The position numbers were made by a program, and so were the translations under genes. From Nanobdellota archaeon (GTDB taxonomy: Archaea > Nanobdellota > Nanobdellia > Pacearchaeales > GW2011-AR1), in assembly GCA_038045765.1 (NCBI GenBank), contig JBBSXN010000002.1, forward strand, positions 84,450-131,835: a DNA stretch of 47,386 nucleotides. Direction: 5' to 3'. The notes beneath the pieces were generated by a model. That model was not told where the DNA came from and did no database searches. It saw nothing but the letters and a program-made list of their open reading frames with translations. The number at the start of each line of letters is the position of its first letter. Position 1 is the stretch's first letter. Below are positions 9,913 to 19,010 of this stretch, piece by piece.

Positions 9913-10818
9913 ATGATTGATATTATTATTACTTCATATAATGAGCCGAAATCTACATTAAGGGCTGTTGAAACATTTCTAAAGCAAATTGGTAAAAAAG
10001 ATAGAATAACTGTTGTTGATCCATTTCCAGAAGTTCAGGTTTATCTTAATGAAAATGTTAAAGATAAAAGATTTAACTTTTTCCTCGACTCTGGAGAAGG
10101 AAAGAGCTATGCATTAAATCTCTTATTTCAAGAATATGCTTCTTCAAATAAGGAAGATATATTCATCCTAACGGATGGGGATGTCCATACTTCTCCAAAT
10201 AGTGTGAAAGATATAAAAAATGCATTTAAAGATAGGAAAGTTGGATGCGTTACTGGAAAGCCTGTAAGTTTAGATGGAAAAGATACAAAATATGGATTTT
10301 GGGCTCATGTTGCTTTTTCTGGAATTCATAAAGTTAGGAAGAAATTATCTAAAAATAAAGAATTTCTTGAATGCTCAGGATATTTATTTGCAATTCGTAA
10401 AAATGTCATATTAGACTTCCCTCTAGAAACCAGTGAAGATGGCATTATTCCTTATCTTTTCTGGAAAAAAGGATATCATATTAAATATGTTGAAAATGCA
10501 GAAGTTTATGTTAAAAATCCTGATAACTGGAGGGATTGGATTGCTCAGAAAGTCAGAAATATAAAAGCTCATGAAAACTTAAATAAAATTGCTCCTGAAA
10601 TGCCTAGAACAAAATCTTTATGGCATGAGATAAAACATGGAGGATTATATGCCTTAACTCTTCCTAAAGGTATTAAAGAATTCTTCTGGCTAATGCAGTT
10701 ATATCCTGCTAGACTTTATCTTTATATTAAAGCTTATAAAGAAATGAAAAAAGATAAAAAATATGCAGATGGTTGGAGAGGCGAGCATAATATTGAAAGT
10801 ACTAAGCCCTTGGATTAA
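9913..10818 (+). CDS. Glycosyltransferase family 2
   Basis: IIITSYNE, GKSYALN, LTDGD, SGYLFAIR, SEDG, QKVRN (QxxRW-like). Confidence 0.88.
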   Translation: MIDIIITSYNEPKSTLRAVETFLKQIGKKDRITVVDPFPEVQVYLNENVKDKRFNFFLDSGEGKSYALNLLFQEYASSNKEDIFILTDGDVHTSPNSVKDIKNAFKDRKVGCVTGKPVSLDGKDTKYGFWAHVAFSGIHKVRKKLSKNKEFLECSGYLFAIRKNVILDFPLETSEDGIIPYLFWKKGYHIKYVENAEVYVKNPDNWRDWIAQKVRNIKAHENLNKIAPEMPRTKSLWHEIKHGGLYALTLPKGIKEFFWLMQLYPARLYLYIKAYKEMKKDKKYADGWRGEHNIESTKPLD

Positions 10819-11300
10819 TTCTTAAAAGTTTTAATTATCTTATCTATTATATTTGTCGTTGAGAATCCTTCTTCAAGGTCTAGGTAAATGCAATCTCCTT
10901 CCCAAGAAGAAATAAGTTCTTTCTCTTCAGAAACTCTGTCTTTTATAAAGCTTCCACCTTTTACATGCTTATGAGGCTTTATTTCTTTTATTATGCTAAG
11001 AGGCTTGTCTTCTTCAAAAATTACAATATAATCTACACATTCTAAGGCTGAAATCATAAATGCTCTTTCATCCTGACCGATTATTGGTCTTTTATCTCCT
11101 TTATTTTTCTTTATTGAACTATCGCTATTGAGTAAGACGATTAATATGTCTCCTAGTTTCTTCGCTTTTTGGAATAAGTTGACGTGAGCATAATGCAAAA
11201 TATCAAAGCTACCATTAGTTGTAACTATTGTCTTTCCTTCCTCTCTTAGGTTCTCGGCAATTTCCTTTATTTCTTTAGTTGTTTTTATCTTATTTTCCAT
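10815..11300 (-). CDS. HldE/RfaE domain II-type nucleotidyltransferase (heptose-1-phosphate adenylyltransferase-like)
   Basis: TTNGSFDILHYAH, LNSDSSI...KGDKRPI, HVKGG, EGFSTTNII. Confidence 0.85.
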   Translation of the reverse strand: MENKIKTTKEIKEIAENLREEGKTIVTTNGSFDILHYAHVNLFQKAKKLGDILIVLLNSDSSIKKNKGDKRPIIGQDERAFMISALECVDYIVIFEEDKPLSIIKEIKPHKHVKGGSFIKDRVSEEKELISSWEGDCIYLDLEEGFSTTNIIDKIIKTFKN

Positions 11301-11709
11301 TTTTATTCTTGAAGTTTTTTAACCAAATCTCCAATTCTTTAAAGCTAGGCAGTATTGGCATTGAAGCTAGAATAATTGAAGAGAGATATTCTAATGCTTC
11401 TTCTTTTGACTCATCAGTCTTTAATCCTATGGAAGGTATTCCTTTGGCGTAGGCATAACCTAGTTCCCAGGCAGTTCCTGCACCTACATGGAAGCCATCT
11501 AATGAGGCAATTACTAAATTTACTTCTTTAAAACCTTGGATAATATCTCCTTCGAATATTTTATCTATGTCTTTTATGCCCTTAGCTAATCCTACATCTC
11601 TATGTGGGAGAAATGTTGTGAAACCTAGAGATTTGCAGAGAGAGTCTATTTTTTCTAATATTTCTATTTCATTTTCTGTGTGAATTTTACCTGCTATGTA
11701 TGCTTTCAT
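11290..11709 (-). CDS. Nucleoside 2-deoxyribosyltransferase / Rcl-like N-glycosidase
   Basis: AYIAG, FLPHRD, GTAWELGYAYAKGIP catalytic Glu motif. Confidence 0.85.
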   Translation of the reverse strand: MKAYIAGKIHTENEIEILEKIDSLCKSLGFTTFLPHRDVGLAKGIKDIDKIFEGDIIQGFKEVNLVIASLDGFHVGAGTAWELGYAYAKGIPSIGLKTDESKEEALEYLSSIILASMPILPSFKELEIWLKNFKNKNGK

Positions 11710-11762
11710 GTAAAATAGTCCTATTGGAGAATATTTAAAAGCTACGATGCTTGAAAGTTTTT

Positions 11763-12752
11763 ATGAAAATATGTATTATAAAACTTGGAGCGGATGGAGA
11801 TGTTCTTAGAACGCTTCCTTTAGCTAAGGCTTTGAAAGATAAATATAGAGAAGCAGAGATAACTTGGATAACTAAGGGTGATGTTAAATCTCTGCTTGAA
11901 AATATAGACTATATAAAAAATGTTTCAACTGTGCCTTATTTTGGGCCTGAAAAGTTTGATTTATTATATAATTTTGATATTGATGATGAAGCTATAAAAC
12001 TAGCAGATAAAATTAAAGCAGATAAAAAATATGGTTTTGGAAAAGACGGAGATTATCCTACTGCATTAAACTCTGGTGCTTCCTATTATCTTAATACTAT
12101 GTTTGATGATGAATTGAAGAAAAGTAATAATAAGACATATCAAGAAATGATGTTTATGGCTGCTGAACTTCATTATGAGGTGGAGAAATATAATTTAGTA
12201 TTAGATGAAAATGATAAAGAGTATGCTGATAAATTTAAATCTGGAAATAATTTTGGAAAGAAGAAAGTCATAGGTATTCATATGGGTGCTTCCTCAAGAT
12301 GGCCGAGTAAAGTCTGGGCTGAAAGCAAGGTTATTGAATTCATAAAGATGGCTGACAATGAAGGATATGAGATTATTTTATTTGGAGGACCAAATGAAGT
12401 TGAAAAGCATGAACTGATTATTAATAAATTAAAGAAAGAAGGAGTAAATGTCTATAGAAATAATCCTAATAATACTAAAAGAGAATTTGCCTCTTTAGTA
12501 AACTTGTGTGAGGTTATGATCTGTTCAGACAGTCTTTCTTTACATGTGTCTATAGGCTTGGGAAAGAAAACTATATGTCTATTCTTCTGCACAAGCCCTG
12601 ATGAAGTTGAAGATTATGGGATATTGAAAAAGGTTGTATCACCTCTCTTCAAAAATTTCTTCCCAGAAAAAATGAATGAATACAGTAAAGAGCTTGTTGA
12701 GAGTATAAGTGCTGAGGAAGTTATGAAGAATGTTGAAGAATCTTTAAGATAG
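11763..12752 (+). CDS. Glycosyltransferase family 9 (ADP-heptose heptosyltransferase-like)
   Basis: IIKLGADGDVLRTLP, IGIHMGASSRWPSKVW, ICSDSLSLHVSIGLGK. ATG 11763 lies about 23 nt after a TTTAAA box. Confidence 0.88.
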   Translation: MKICIIKLGADGDVLRTLPLAKALKDKYREAEITWITKGDVKSLLENIDYIKNVSTVPYFGPEKFDLLYNFDIDDEAIKLADKIKADKKYGFGKDGDYPTALNSGASYYLNTMFDDELKKSNNKTYQEMMFMAAELHYEVEKYNLVLDENDKEYADKFKSGNNFGKKKVIGIHMGASSRWPSKVWAESKVIEFIKMADNEGYEIILFGGPNEVEKHELIINKLKKEGVNVYRNNPNNTKREFASLVNLCEVMICSDSLSLHVSIGLGKKTICLFFCTSPDEVEDYGILKKVVSPLFKNFFPEKMNEYSKELVESISAEEVMKNVEESLR

Positions 12753-12811
12753 AAAGCATGATATAACGAATTTATGCTTTTGATGCTCAAGATTCTCTAG
12801 AATCTTGACAT
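12753..12811. repeat. Short palindromic element (two hairpins) related to the 25813-25986 element
   Basis: aaagcat...atgcttt hairpin followed by atgctcaagattc-tct-agaatcttgacat. The arms atgctcaagattc and agaatcttgacata are identical to those at 25930-25987. Confidence 0.7.
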
Positions 12812-12847
12812 AGACAAACATAAAAACCCTATATTCTTTAGTTTTTA

Positions 12848-14374
12848 ATGAATGAGGAGAGAAAGATAGAGGAAAAGAAAGAGAAAGTAAGAGAATTTTT
12901 TAAAGAGCCATATAAGCTTGCTATTGGATTAATATTGTTGATTGGTATTGCCGTAAGATTATATTTTTATAATGCTGTTAAAGATCAAGCGCATTGGTGG
13001 GATACTCTTGCCTATGGTGGGCTTGCTAAAAATATTATATTAGACTTATGGAGTGATAATGCTTTCCTTGCACATGAAGCTATAATAAGGCCTCCTTTGT
13101 TGCCTTGGATTTGGTCAATTCTATTAAAATTCGGATTGTCTGATGCGGGAACTATCCTATTGCTTGAGATAATTCCTTCTGTTCTTTGTATTTGGTTTGT
13201 TTATCTCATTGCTAAAGAATTGTATGATGAAAAAATTGGTTTGATATCTGCTTTTATAGCATCATTTTCTTGGGTATTTTTATTTTATTCCCTTAGGATT
13301 ATGACAGATATACCATCTTTATTTTTCTCACTTGTTAGCATATATTATTTTTTAAAAAGCTATGAAGAATTGAAAACAAAGGAATTTGCTATATCTGTTG
13401 CTTTCCTTGCATTAGCAGTTATAACTAGATATTCGTATGGGTTGATTGCAGTAGTTTATATAATATTTTTGGCGATAGTGCATAAGCATCATTTTCTAAA
13501 GAAAAAAGGCTTCTGGATTGGAGGGATTACTGGAGCAATACCTTTAGTATTATTCTTTATATTTAATCTATTTCGGTATGGTTCTTTTCTTCCTGCAAGT
13601 AGTGTTTATAGTCAGAGTGCAAGCGAGAAGGCTAGTTTTGGATTTTATATTTTAGAATTTGTACCTTATATTCTTCAAAAATTATTTTTAGTAATTTTCT
13701 TATTGGGACTTGCCTTGGTTTTATGGGAGATTATAATTGGATTTGATACTCTCTCTAAAATAAAGAGAATTAGAAGCCATATATTTAACACATTATTAAT
13801 TGCTGGAGTTTTCTTCTTTTTCATATTTATTATTAGAGCTGCTGAGGATAGATATCTTATGACTGCTATGCCTGTAATGTTTATATTTATAAGTTTAGTA
13901 TTGATGGAAATTTATAAGTTAGTTAAAAATTATTCTAAGAATCTTGCTATTTTGTTAGTTGCATTTATATTGTTATTTGGAGCTTATTCACAATTTACAT
14001 TTGGTAAGACTTTGATTGATAATAAAAAAGATTCTTACAAGCAAATGAAGGAAGTATTTGAGTGGATTAAAGACAATACTGAAAAAGAGGCAATACTTGG
14101 AGGAGAAGGCATAGATCCTTATGCTATTTATTATTCTGAGAGAAAGATTGTTTTGAATTATACTGCTGATGATCTACCAGGTTATAGTGGGCGTGCAGAT
14201 TATATGATTTTACATAGATTTGAGTATCAGACTGAAAAATTGGTTAATTATGTTAATGAAAATACTGGTGAAGGTAAAATATTTACTCCACTATATGCTA
14301 GTTTCTTTGATGCCACTCAACAACAACCTGCAGTTATAGTCTATAAAGTCAATAAAGATAAAATCAGATTATAA
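12848..14374 (+). CDS. GT-C fold membrane glycosyltransferase (ArnT/PMT-like)
   Basis: Many TM helices, WWDTLAY acidic first-loop motif, RPPLLP, IMTDIP, DRYL. Confidence 0.8.
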   Translation: MNEERKIEEKKEKVREFFKEPYKLAIGLILLIGIAVRLYFYNAVKDQAHWWDTLAYGGLAKNIILDLWSDNAFLAHEAIIRPPLLPWIWSILLKFGLSDAGTILLLEIIPSVLCIWFVYLIAKELYDEKIGLISAFIASFSWVFLFYSLRIMTDIPSLFFSLVSIYYFLKSYEELKTKEFAISVAFLALAVITRYSYGLIAVVYIIFLAIVHKHHFLKKKGFWIGGITGAIPLVLFFIFNLFRYGSFLPASSVYSQSASEKASFGFYILEFVPYILQKLFLVIFLLGLALVLWEIIIGFDTLSKIKRIRSHIFNTLLIAGVFFFFIFIIRAAEDRYLMTAMPVMFIFISLVLMEIYKLVKNYSKNLAILLVAFILLFGAYSQFTFGKTLIDNKKDSYKQMKEVFEWIKDNTEKEAILGGEGIDPYAIYYSERKIVLNYTADDLPGYSGRADYMILHRFEYQTEKLVNYVNENTGEGKIFTPLYASFFDATQQQPAVIVYKVNKDKIRL

Positions 14375-15007
14375 TTTTGTAGCTAATACTGCTATCTCAT
14401 TTCCAGAATTTTTGTGTTTTCTATACTCTAAATCTCTAAGTTTATTTAAGAAGTTTATCTTCTTACCAGTCGTATATTTTACAAGAAAGTGAAGATATAA
14501 TGCGAGAAGTTCAAATATTCCTCCACCAGCAAAGACTTTTTCTATCTTAAAACCATTATCCTTTAACAAATTAGTTATATCTTCTATCTTGTAATGTCTT
14601 TCGTGTTGGACATATCTTACAGGGTTTAAGTAACTTAAAAGAGTATCATTTGGAACACATACAACTAATCTTCCTTTTTTCTTTAAAACTCGAGCTATCT
14701 CTTTGACTGCTTTTTCATGATCTTTTATATGCTCTAATACGTCTAAAATAATTAATTGGGAAAGATATCCATTTGTTAAGGGAATTTTTGTGGCATCTAC
14801 TACTATCTTTTCTTTTGCTTTATTTTGAGGTCCGAGATTTTTAGAGTCTATATCTGAAGACATTAGATTAGGATTATTTAGAAAGACTTGATTTTCAATC
14901 CAGAGAACCTCTCCAGCACCTATGTTTAATGTTTTTCCAGCTATTCTACTGTCCATGAAAGAAGCACATATTCTTTCTCTTCCAAAAAGACTCATTTTTT
15001 TACTCAT
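14369..15007 (-). CDS. Class I SAM-dependent methyltransferase (type 11)
   Basis: LNIGAG, DATKIP, DVLEHI, EIARVLKKKGRL. Confidence 0.85.
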   Translation of the reverse strand: MSKKMSLFGRERICASFMDSRIAGKTLNIGAGEVLWIENQVFLNNPNLMSSDIDSKNLGPQNKAKEKIVVDATKIPLTNGYLSQLIILDVLEHIKDHEKAVKEIARVLKKKGRLVVCVPNDTLLSYLNPVRYVQHERHYKIEDITNLLKDNGFKIEKVFAGGGIFELLALYLHFLVKYTTGKKINFLNKLRDLEYRKHKNSGNEIAVLATKL

Positions 15008-15963
15008 TTTAAGTTTGATAATACTCCGTAAATGATTGAATATGTTGAAACTAAGTTTAACATAGGTTCATTTAGAAAACATACATCATTATGCTTTAAA
15101 GCCTTTATTATTGCTGAGAATACGGGTAATATGATTGAATGAGTGTAAATAAGCCAGATTCCGACTTTAGGCCAATCAGATTTCCAATCAATCCATTTGA
15201 ATAATCTTTTTTCTTTATTTGGGTAGTATGTTCTCTGAAGGTTTCTTATTCTTTTATGGGCTAGTTCTTTTAGACTTCTTAAAAGAAAATGATACACTCC
15301 CGCGTCTGGAACAAAAGCAAAATTGAAGTGTCCTTGTGAAACAAGAAATGCAGGGATTTCATTATCTATTAATTGCTTCTGGTTTTTAGCATACTCTTCT
15401 ATTAATGCTTTTTTATATATCATTAGCCCTTGAGGTGGTATTTTTTTAGTATTGCACTTACACAAATAGTAATTTTTTCTTTTCTTTTGAATTATCTCTT
15501 CTGCTCCTATTGTGAAATATCTAAATATGGGGTCTCTTTGCCATTCATCATAGGATAATGTTCTTGTTAAGGCTGGATGATTTTTATTTACTAAAAATTT
15601 GATAAAAACTCCTGCAATTGAGGAATCATCAGAAAAAGGGTATAGCATTTTCTTTATAAAGTTTTTATCTGAAAACTGCATATCTGCATCTAAGTACATA
15701 AAGAATTTACCTTTAGCTTTTTTAAAACCAAGCATTTTACTTACTTCGGCATCTTTTATTTTATTCATTAAAATTTTTAGATTTATCTTCTTAGAAAATG
15801 TCTTTACTATATTCAGAGTGTTATCCTGAGAATAATTATCTACGATTATGACTTCGAATTTATCTCTAGGATAATCTTGCATACTTATGGCATTTAAACA
15901 ATCGGCTATATCTCGTGATTCATTGTAAGTAGGAATCACTATGCTAAAATCTATCTTATCCAT
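15004..15963 (-). CDS. Glycosyltransferase family 2
   Basis: SIVIPTYNE, IIVDNYSQD, YLDAD. Confidence 0.9.
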   Translation of the reverse strand: MDKIDFSIVIPTYNESRDIADCLNAISMQDYPRDKFEVIIVDNYSQDNTLNIVKTFSKKINLKILMNKIKDAEVSKMLGFKKAKGKFFMYLDADMQFSDKNFIKKMLYPFSDDSSIAGVFIKFLVNKNHPALTRTLSYDEWQRDPIFRYFTIGAEEIIQKKRKNYYLCKCNTKKIPPQGLMIYKKALIEEYAKNQKQLIDNEIPAFLVSQGHFNFAFVPDAGVYHFLLRSLKELAHKRIRNLQRTYYPNKEKRLFKWIDWKSDWPKVGIWLIYTHSIILPVFSAIIKALKHNDVCFLNEPMLNLVSTYSIIYGVLSNLK

Positions 15964-15966
15964 AAA

Positions 15967-16992
15967 TTAGGCTGAGAAAAGATCTTTAAAAGTCTTTTTA
16001 CCCTTGAGAAAATGATCTAAGGCTATGCTTCCATCGTACACTATGCTAGAATATTCTTTATCAGATACTTTTCTTTTAGACTGTATTTCATTTCTATTTT
16101 TTGAGAAACTTCCCAATAATATGAAAGGTATTGAAAATATTGATCTTATTAAAGGAATGGCTTTTTTAATTGGAAAACGCAAAGCTGCAATAATCTCTAG
16201 AATCATTCTCATGGGGAATAATTTCAAGAGAGATAAATTAGAATAATTCTTTAGAAAAACTAGAAGATGGTTTCTAGTTATTAGGTATTCTTTTTTTAAA
16301 TTAATCTTCTCATTATTAACGGAAAAGCTACCTATGTGGTAGATTATTGATTTTGGAGAGTACCATATTTCTTTCCCTAGTATATTCGCTCTCCAACAAA
16401 AGTCTAATTCTTCTGCATACATGAATAGGGATTCGTCAAAACCTTTTGATTTTGAGAAAAATTCTTTATTTGTAAGAATACAAACTCCACAAGCCCAAAA
16501 TGTTCTTATGGAATCGTCATACTGCCCATTATCTTTTTCTATGGAATTAAATATTCTTCCCCGACAGAAAGGATATCCATATTTATCTATGAAGCCTCCT
16601 GCAGCTCCAGCATATTCAAAGCAATCCCTCTGAAAATATGAACGAATTTTAGGTTGAACAGCTATACAATTCTTATTTTTCTTCATAGTAGCGAGCATTT
16701 CAGATAACCAATTCTTTTCAACGATGACGTCATTATTTAAGAAAACTATATACTTTGAAGTAGCTTTCTTCGCTAGTAAATTTGATGCCTCTGCAAAGCC
16801 TATTGTCTTTTTAGTATAATGCAACTTCACTTTTGGAAAGTTTTTCTTTACAAGATTTATAGAATTATCTTTAGTGTTGTTGAATAAAATATGGATGCTT
16901 GCATCTTGATTATCTTTATATATAGAAGAAAGACATTCATCAATTATCTTCTCTCCGTTTAGATGTATGATTAAAATATCTACTTTTTCCAT
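15967..16992 (-). CDS. Glycosyltransferase family 2 (rhamnosyltransferase-like subgroup)
   Basis: GFAEASN, FLNNDV, FEYAGAAGG, FWACG, GFDESLFMYAEELDFCWR. Confidence 0.9.
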   Translation of the reverse strand: MEKVDILIIHLNGEKIIDECLSSIYKDNQDASIHILFNNTKDNSINLVKKNFPKVKLHYTKKTIGFAEASNLLAKKATSKYIVFLNNDVIVEKNWLSEMLATMKKNKNCIAVQPKIRSYFQRDCFEYAGAAGGFIDKYGYPFCRGRIFNSIEKDNGQYDDSIRTFWACGVCILTNKEFFSKSKGFDESLFMYAEELDFCWRANILGKEIWYSPKSIIYHIGSFSVNNEKINLKKEYLITRNHLLVFLKNYSNLSLLKLFPMRMILEIIAALRFPIKKAIPLIRSIFSIPFILLGSFSKNRNEIQSKRKVSDKEYSSIVYDGSIALDHFLKGKKTFKDLFSA

Positions 16993-17801
16993 TATTCAGT
17001 CATCCTGTGATTTACTTTAGTTAGTTCAGGCATTGAGTCGTATAATCTTACTAAATCATTGAGTGGGGAGTTTATTAATCTTAATCTTAAAATTCCAAAA
17101 AACATCTTAAGAGAAGCTTTAACTACTTTTATCTTTGAGTCTCCTTTATCTTCCCAGGTTGTCGGATGTTCTATGACTTTAAAATTATATTTTTTACATA
17201 GAAATAGAAGATTAACATCAAAAGCCCATTGGGTTATAAGAATTTTGTTAACAATTTTCTCTATGACTTCTCTTCTGAATATCTTTGCACCACATTGGGT
17301 ATCTTGATAACTCATTAAGAATAAAGACTTTACTAGAAAGTTAAATATCCTACTTGCTAATCTTCTTAATCCTGATTGTTTTTGAGAAATTATTGATTTT
17401 GAAGCCCACCTATTCCCGATTATGCCGTCATATGGTTTTAGATTAATTATAAGATCATAGAAAGAAGGAGGAGAAGTAGACATGTCTGCATCAACAAAAC
17501 CAATTAGATTAAATTTTCTCTTAAGTGCATCTTTAAATCCCTCAATTATAGCATACCCTTTTCCGCTTTTTATTAGATTAAGATAACGGATGTTTTTATT
17601 TTTTTTAGCATATCTCTTTACTATTTCTTCAGTTTTATCTGAAGTGTTATTGATAGATATCAAAATTTCATAGTTTAATTCCCCTTTTATCCTTAGATTT
17701 TCAAAATATTTTGAATAAGCTTCCAAAGTCTTTCCTATTCTTTTTTCCTCATTATATGCAGGAATTACGATAGATACTGAAGTTTTTTTTAATTCTTTCA
17801 T
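16992..17801 (-). CDS. Dolichyl-phosphate hexosyltransferase (ALG5/DPG-synthase-like GT2)
   Basis: IVIPAYNEEKRI, GKGYAI, FVDADMST, DTQCGAKIF, WAFDVNLL. Confidence 0.88.
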   Translation of the reverse strand: MKELKKTSVSIVIPAYNEEKRIGKTLEAYSKYFENLRIKGELNYEILISINNTSDKTEEIVKRYAKKNKNIRYLNLIKSGKGYAIIEGFKDALKRKFNLIGFVDADMSTSPPSFYDLIINLKPYDGIIGNRWASKSIISQKQSGLRRLASRIFNFLVKSLFLMSYQDTQCGAKIFRREVIEKIVNKILITQWAFDVNLLFLCKKYNFKVIEHPTTWEDKGDSKIKVVKASLKMFFGILRLRLINSPLNDLVRLYDSMPELTKVNHRMTE

Positions 17802-19009
17802 CTGTTTAGTAGAGCAAAAGCGCCTATTAAAAATATTATGTTGGAAGCTAAGAATGCTAAAGAGAAGGAAAGTAGATTGGTATGTAATAATGATAAAAGT
17901 ATTAATTCGATTACTAAAAATAAGGGTATGAATTTGTAGCCTTGTGTTTTACCTTGTGAAAGTTTATAATAAAGTATTAGGCTAGTTAAGGAAAGAATAG
18001 TTGTGCTTACCCCCATAATCATCACTATTGATGATGCTTCTGCAATTACCTTGCCTGAGAAAAGTTTGACTAGAAAGTCTGGAAAGAACCAGATAACGAA
18101 CAATGCGCAAAATGCGCAAAATAGAACTAAGCTTGCAGCCCTTATAAAATTCTTTCTAGATGGTTTTTTCTGGGCTGTATTGTTTGCAGTAATTGGGAAT
18201 AGCACTCTATTTATTGGTTGGGTGCCTACAAATATTACTAAAGCGATAGTTGAAGCAATAGCATATATTCCTGAAAGAGTATCATTGAAAAAATAACCTG
18301 AAAATAAGACGTCTAAATTAAAAAATAAGATTAATGTGGCTGTAACAAAAAACACTGGCCAACTATAATCTCTTATCCCTGATAATTTTGCAGGAGATTC
18401 TTTTGATTTAATTATATCTTTTAGATAAAATAGAGATACTCCTAATGTAAGAATAACGCTTAATAATACTCCGGTTACTGCTCCATATACTCTCCAACCT
18501 AACCAGACAAATAAAAGAGCTAGAGAAACTTTGAAGATTCCTTCACTGATAACTGCAAAGCCTAGATCGTAAAATCTTTGTTGTCCTTGAATTATCCCTC
18601 TAGTTATTGGAACTATCATGGAAATAGAGAGAAAAGCTCCAGTCATTAAAAGGAGAGGATAGGGGATATCAAAGAGATACGTTATTGGAATTGCTAAAAT
18701 TGCAAAAGCTATGAATATTATCAAACTTATCTTTCCAATCTTCCTGAAGGATCTTTTTAGAATATCTTTTAATTTTGATTTATCTGATGCTTGTTCTGCA
18801 GAATATTTTGTAATTATTGTTTGTATAGACTCCATGAAAACTGCTCCTAAATAAAGAAATACAAAAACTCTCTTCAATAGACCGAAATCTTCAATAGATA
18901 AAGTTCTCGCCATAAGAACATGATATAAAAAATTTAAAAAATTAAAGAAACCAGTCATTACTAATAAAACTAAACTCCCCCTTATTACTGGATTCTTTAA
19001 ATTAATCAT
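17798..19009 (-). CDS. Oligosaccharide flippase (Wzx/MOP family)
   Basis: About 12 TM helices; ARTLSIEDFG, RGIIQGQQRF, GIYAIAS patterns; located in the aglB operon. Confidence 0.8.
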   Translation of the reverse strand: MINLKNPVIRGSLVLLVMTGFFNFLNFLYHVLMARTLSIEDFGLLKRVFVFLYLGAVFMESIQTIITKYSAEQASDKSKLKDILKRSFRKIGKISLIIFIAFAILAIPITYLFDIPYPLLLMTGAFLSISMIVPITRGIIQGQQRFYDLGFAVISEGIFKVSLALLFVWLGWRVYGAVTGVLLSVILTLGVSLFYLKDIIKSKESPAKLSGIRDYSWPVFFVTATLILFFNLDVLFSGYFFNDTLSGIYAIASTIALVIFVGTQPINRVLFPITANNTAQKKPSRKNFIRAASLVLFCAFCALFVIWFFPDFLVKLFSGKVIAEASSIVMIMGVSTTILSLTSLILYYKLSQGKTQGYKFIPLFLVIELILLSLLHTNLLSFSLAFLASNIIFLIGAFALLNR

Positions 19010-19010
19010 T

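Noticed and set aside
8965-11709. QueC as part of a Qat, type IV CBASS or Dpd defence system
   Set aside because: No KAP NTPase, TatD, CD-NTase, TGT/DpdA or effector genes nearby.
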